Positions 39,550 through 41,739 of a stretch of 41,739 bases of DNA are shown in pieces. Source of the DNA: Methanothermococcus okinawensis (lineage in GTDB: Archaea; AGJL01; Methanococci; Methanococcales; Methanococcaceae); assembly GCA_015661555.1 (NCBI GenBank), contig DQVW01000056.1:1-41739 (forward strand). Reading direction: 5' to 3'. The position numbers and the translations under genes are program-made. The notes under the pieces were generated by a model. That model made no database searches, had not been told where the DNA came from, and worked only from the letters and a program-made list of their open reading frames with translations. Within the stretch, counting starts at the first letter, position 1; the number at the start of each line of letters is the position of its first letter.

Positions 39550-41739
39550 TTAACTCTCTTTACACTTTTGATGGGGGTTGCAGATCTTTCTCCTGTAGTA
39601 GGCCGCATCCTTCGAGACCTTCCTGTTATAGATAGATCCTATCCTCTCTATAGCATCAAGTATTTTCACGGTACTCTCCAGGTAGTTGTAGATATCCCCT
39701 GGGTAGGTCTGAAGGTTCAAGGTATGGTATATATGCCTGGATATCTGTAGGGGTGTTTTCCCCCCTATCCTCAGGTTGATGATATATTTGGAGAAGTATC
39801 TGACGATGTCCTCCTCTATCATGCCCTCGAACTCCATTATCCAGGGTATTATCCTATCTCGTAAATTCCTATCTGTTATCTTCTCCATATTCTCCTTTAT
39901 TATCTCAAAGGCGTCGATGAACTTTGTAGGGATATTTACATTGATCACCTTACTTATCCTGTTCTTAAGACCCATGGGGATGTATACCCCTTCAAAGGGG
40001 TTAACTAGGGATAGAAGATCCACAATTGGAAGGTTCAAATTCTTCCTTATAAGTTCTGCATCCTCTGGATAGAGGAAGGATATACCTGTAAAGTATCCGT
40101 ACTTGGTCACCTCTATATCCTCTCCCTCATTTACCATGCCATACTCTACAAGTTTACCAAGGATATAGTCTAAACTGTGGTTGCTACCCATGAGGGGGAC
40201 TTTGGGTAGCAACTCCCTCTTCCTACAACCCTTCATACCTTTATAGTACCTCCTGTATCTCTCAATGGTACATAGACTTGCCAGTACCTGCTCCATCTCC
40301 TCCCTCTCCTCGTAGATCACTTCAACATCCTCAGGTTCAGAGTTTAACAGCTGGAAGGCCACCTCTTCCTCACTTCTCTCCATCTTGGCGTGATACTTCT
40401 TACCGATCTCTATCAACATATAGACCTTTCCCATATCGTGCATACCCTTCCTTCCAGCCCTCCCACATATCTGTTGAAACTCTGAGGGGGTGAGCCAGTC
40501 ACCTCCCATAGCCAAACTCTCGAGGATAACAGTTGAGGCTGGGAAGTCTACACCTGCCGCAAGGGCGGCAGTTGTAACCACACACATAATCTCCTGCCTC
40601 ATAAACTTCTCCTCTACCAGCCTCCTCCTCCTGTACTCCATCCCTCCATGGTAGTACTCAGCCCTTATACCCTTGGAGTTAAGATACCTCGCGATGTACT
40701 CGGCCCTCTTCCTGGAGTAGGTAAATATTAGACTCTGTCCCCTGTAACCGTACTTAGACACCTTGTTAAACTCCCTCCTTACAATCTCCCTGATCATGTT
40801 AAGTTTTTGATACTCGTTCTTGGCAAAGAGGATATGCCTCTCTAGAGGTACTGGACGGCCACTGTATGTTATAAGATGGGCACCTAGACTTTTAGAGAGC
40901 TCCCGAGGATTTCCTACGGTGGCAGAGAGATATATCATCTGGATATCCTCTCCCATTCTCTTGAGGAATCTCAACCTACCTATAAGTCCATCTAAGCGAG
41001 CCCCTCTCTCCTCCATATTTAGGGAGTGGACCTCATCTATCACTACAGTCCCAATACCTCTCAATTTCCCAGATCTTATGAGATAGTCTATACCCTCGTA
41101 GGTCCCAACGATGATGTCGCTCTCTAAGTCTGTATTCACATCCTCACATCGTCCCTCGTACAACCTCCCAGTACCAACCCTTAAACTTACACTTAGTCCT
41201 ATCTCTTTATAGCGTTCCCTGAACTCCAGGTACTTCTGATTTGCCAGGGCTACCAGGGGCACTAGATAGAGAAACTTCCCCTTACCTTCAAGTAGATTCT
41301 TTACCCCTGCCAACTCCCCTATAAGTGTCTTCCCAGAGGATGTAGCCGAGGTTACAAGTAGATCTCTACCTCTTAACAACCCTCCCTTAACTGTAAGGGT
41401 CTGTACTGGTAGTAACTCCTTTATCCCCCTCTTCTTCAGTATCCTCTTTAACTCTTCAGGGATGTCCAACTCATCAACCCTGTAGTTTTTAATATCTTCC
41501 TTCCCTCCACTTAAAACGTCATACCTGGTTAAATCAGGTTTAACTACAGGGTTCCTGGAGGTCAGTAGATCTAAGACCTTGTTCACGTCCTTTAGCCTTT
41601 TAAGTAAACTCTCTATAAATTTCTCCCCAATATCCACCTCCTCTTTAACCTCCTCAAGGGCACAGTTTAGACAGATATACCTGTTGTTATGTAGATACCT
41701 CTCCCCCTCCAGTATGGTGTACCTCCCCTTTACAAGGCA
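39550..41739 (-). CDS. ASH-Ski2-like / DUF5814 DEAD/DEAH-box helicase (5' end beyond right edge)
   Basis: [34 protein letters not shown] and Q..GRAGR. The frame stays open from 41637 to the edge ([15 protein letters not shown]). Confidence 0.9.
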   Translation of the reverse strand, partial: CLVKGRYTILEGERYLHNNRYICLNCALEEVKEEVDIGEKFIESLLKRLKDVNKVLDLLTSRNPVVKPDLTRYDVLSGGKEDIKNYRVDELDIPEELKRILKKRGIKELLPVQTLTVKGGLLRGRDLLVTSATSSGKTLIGELAGVKNLLEGKGKFLYLVPLVALANQKYLEFRERYKEIGLSVSLRVGTGRLYEGRCEDVNTDLESDIIVGTYEGIDYLIRSGKLRGIGTVVIDEVHSLNMEERGARLDGLIGRLRFLKRMGEDIQMIYLSATVGNPRELSKSLGAHLITYSGRPVPLERHILFAKNEYQKLNMIREIVRREFNKVSKYGYRGQSLIFTYSRKRAEYIARYLNSKGIRAEYYHGGMEYRRRRLVEEKFMRQEIMCVVTTAALAAGVDFPASTVILESLAMGGDWLTPSEFQQICGRAGRKGMHDMGKVYMLIEIGKKYHAKMERSEEEVAFQLLNSEPEDVEVIYEEREEMEQVLASLCTIERYRRYYKGMKGCRKRELLPKVPLMGSNHSLDYILGKLVEYGMVNEGEDIEVTKYGYFTGISFLYPEDAELIRKNLNLPIVDLLSLVNPFEGVYIPMGLKNRISKVINVNIPTKFIDAFEIIKENMEKITDRNLRDRIIPWIMEFEGMIEEDIVRYFSKYIINLRIGGKTPLQISRHIYHTLNLQTYPGDIYNYLESTVKILDAIERIGSIYNRKVSKDAAYYRRKICNPHQKCKES

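Noticed and set aside
22679-41739. Co-location of RNase J and its reported partner type, ASH-Ski2 helicase
   Set aside because: They are more than 15 kb apart on opposite strands with unrelated genes between them, so there is no evidence of linkage.

Overview
A gene-dense (about 45 genes) chromosomal segment of a Methanococcales-type methanogenic archaeon. The lineage is inferred from hdrBC, mfnF, archaeal mat/gatE/aRF1/dph2/trmY/nob1 and the GGTGA Shine-Dalgarno usage. Most genes are core housekeeping: the 3' end of smc, cobZ-like, arsA/GET3, pps, topA, gatE, mobB, mat, thi4, glmM, mfnF, rpp21, dapB, trmY, fni-rnj-idsA, rpl34e-cmk-rpl14e, nob1, mdh, cyaB, moaC, dph2, hdrCB, prf1 and an ASH-Ski2-like helicase cut by the right edge. 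I saw no tRNA, rRNA, CRISPR array, transposase or integrase. The most unusual signals are: (1) a radical SAM gene whose CxxxCxxC motif lies upstream of any ATG/GTG/TTG, implying an ATC start; (2) an AT-rich three-gene unit (PstS-fold lipoprotein with a remodelled Cys-containing anion site, a small secreted Cys protein, a NapH-like membrane ferredoxin); (3) two single-TM micro-ORFs missing from the ORF track; (4) a structured GC-rich spacer upstream of RNase J; (5) several operator-like or hairpin palindromes; (6) a membrane-anchored 8-bladed beta-propeller with a recently duplicated stalk; (7) a domain-permuted CobB/CobQ-like amidotransferase. All family calls come from motif recognition only; no searches were run.
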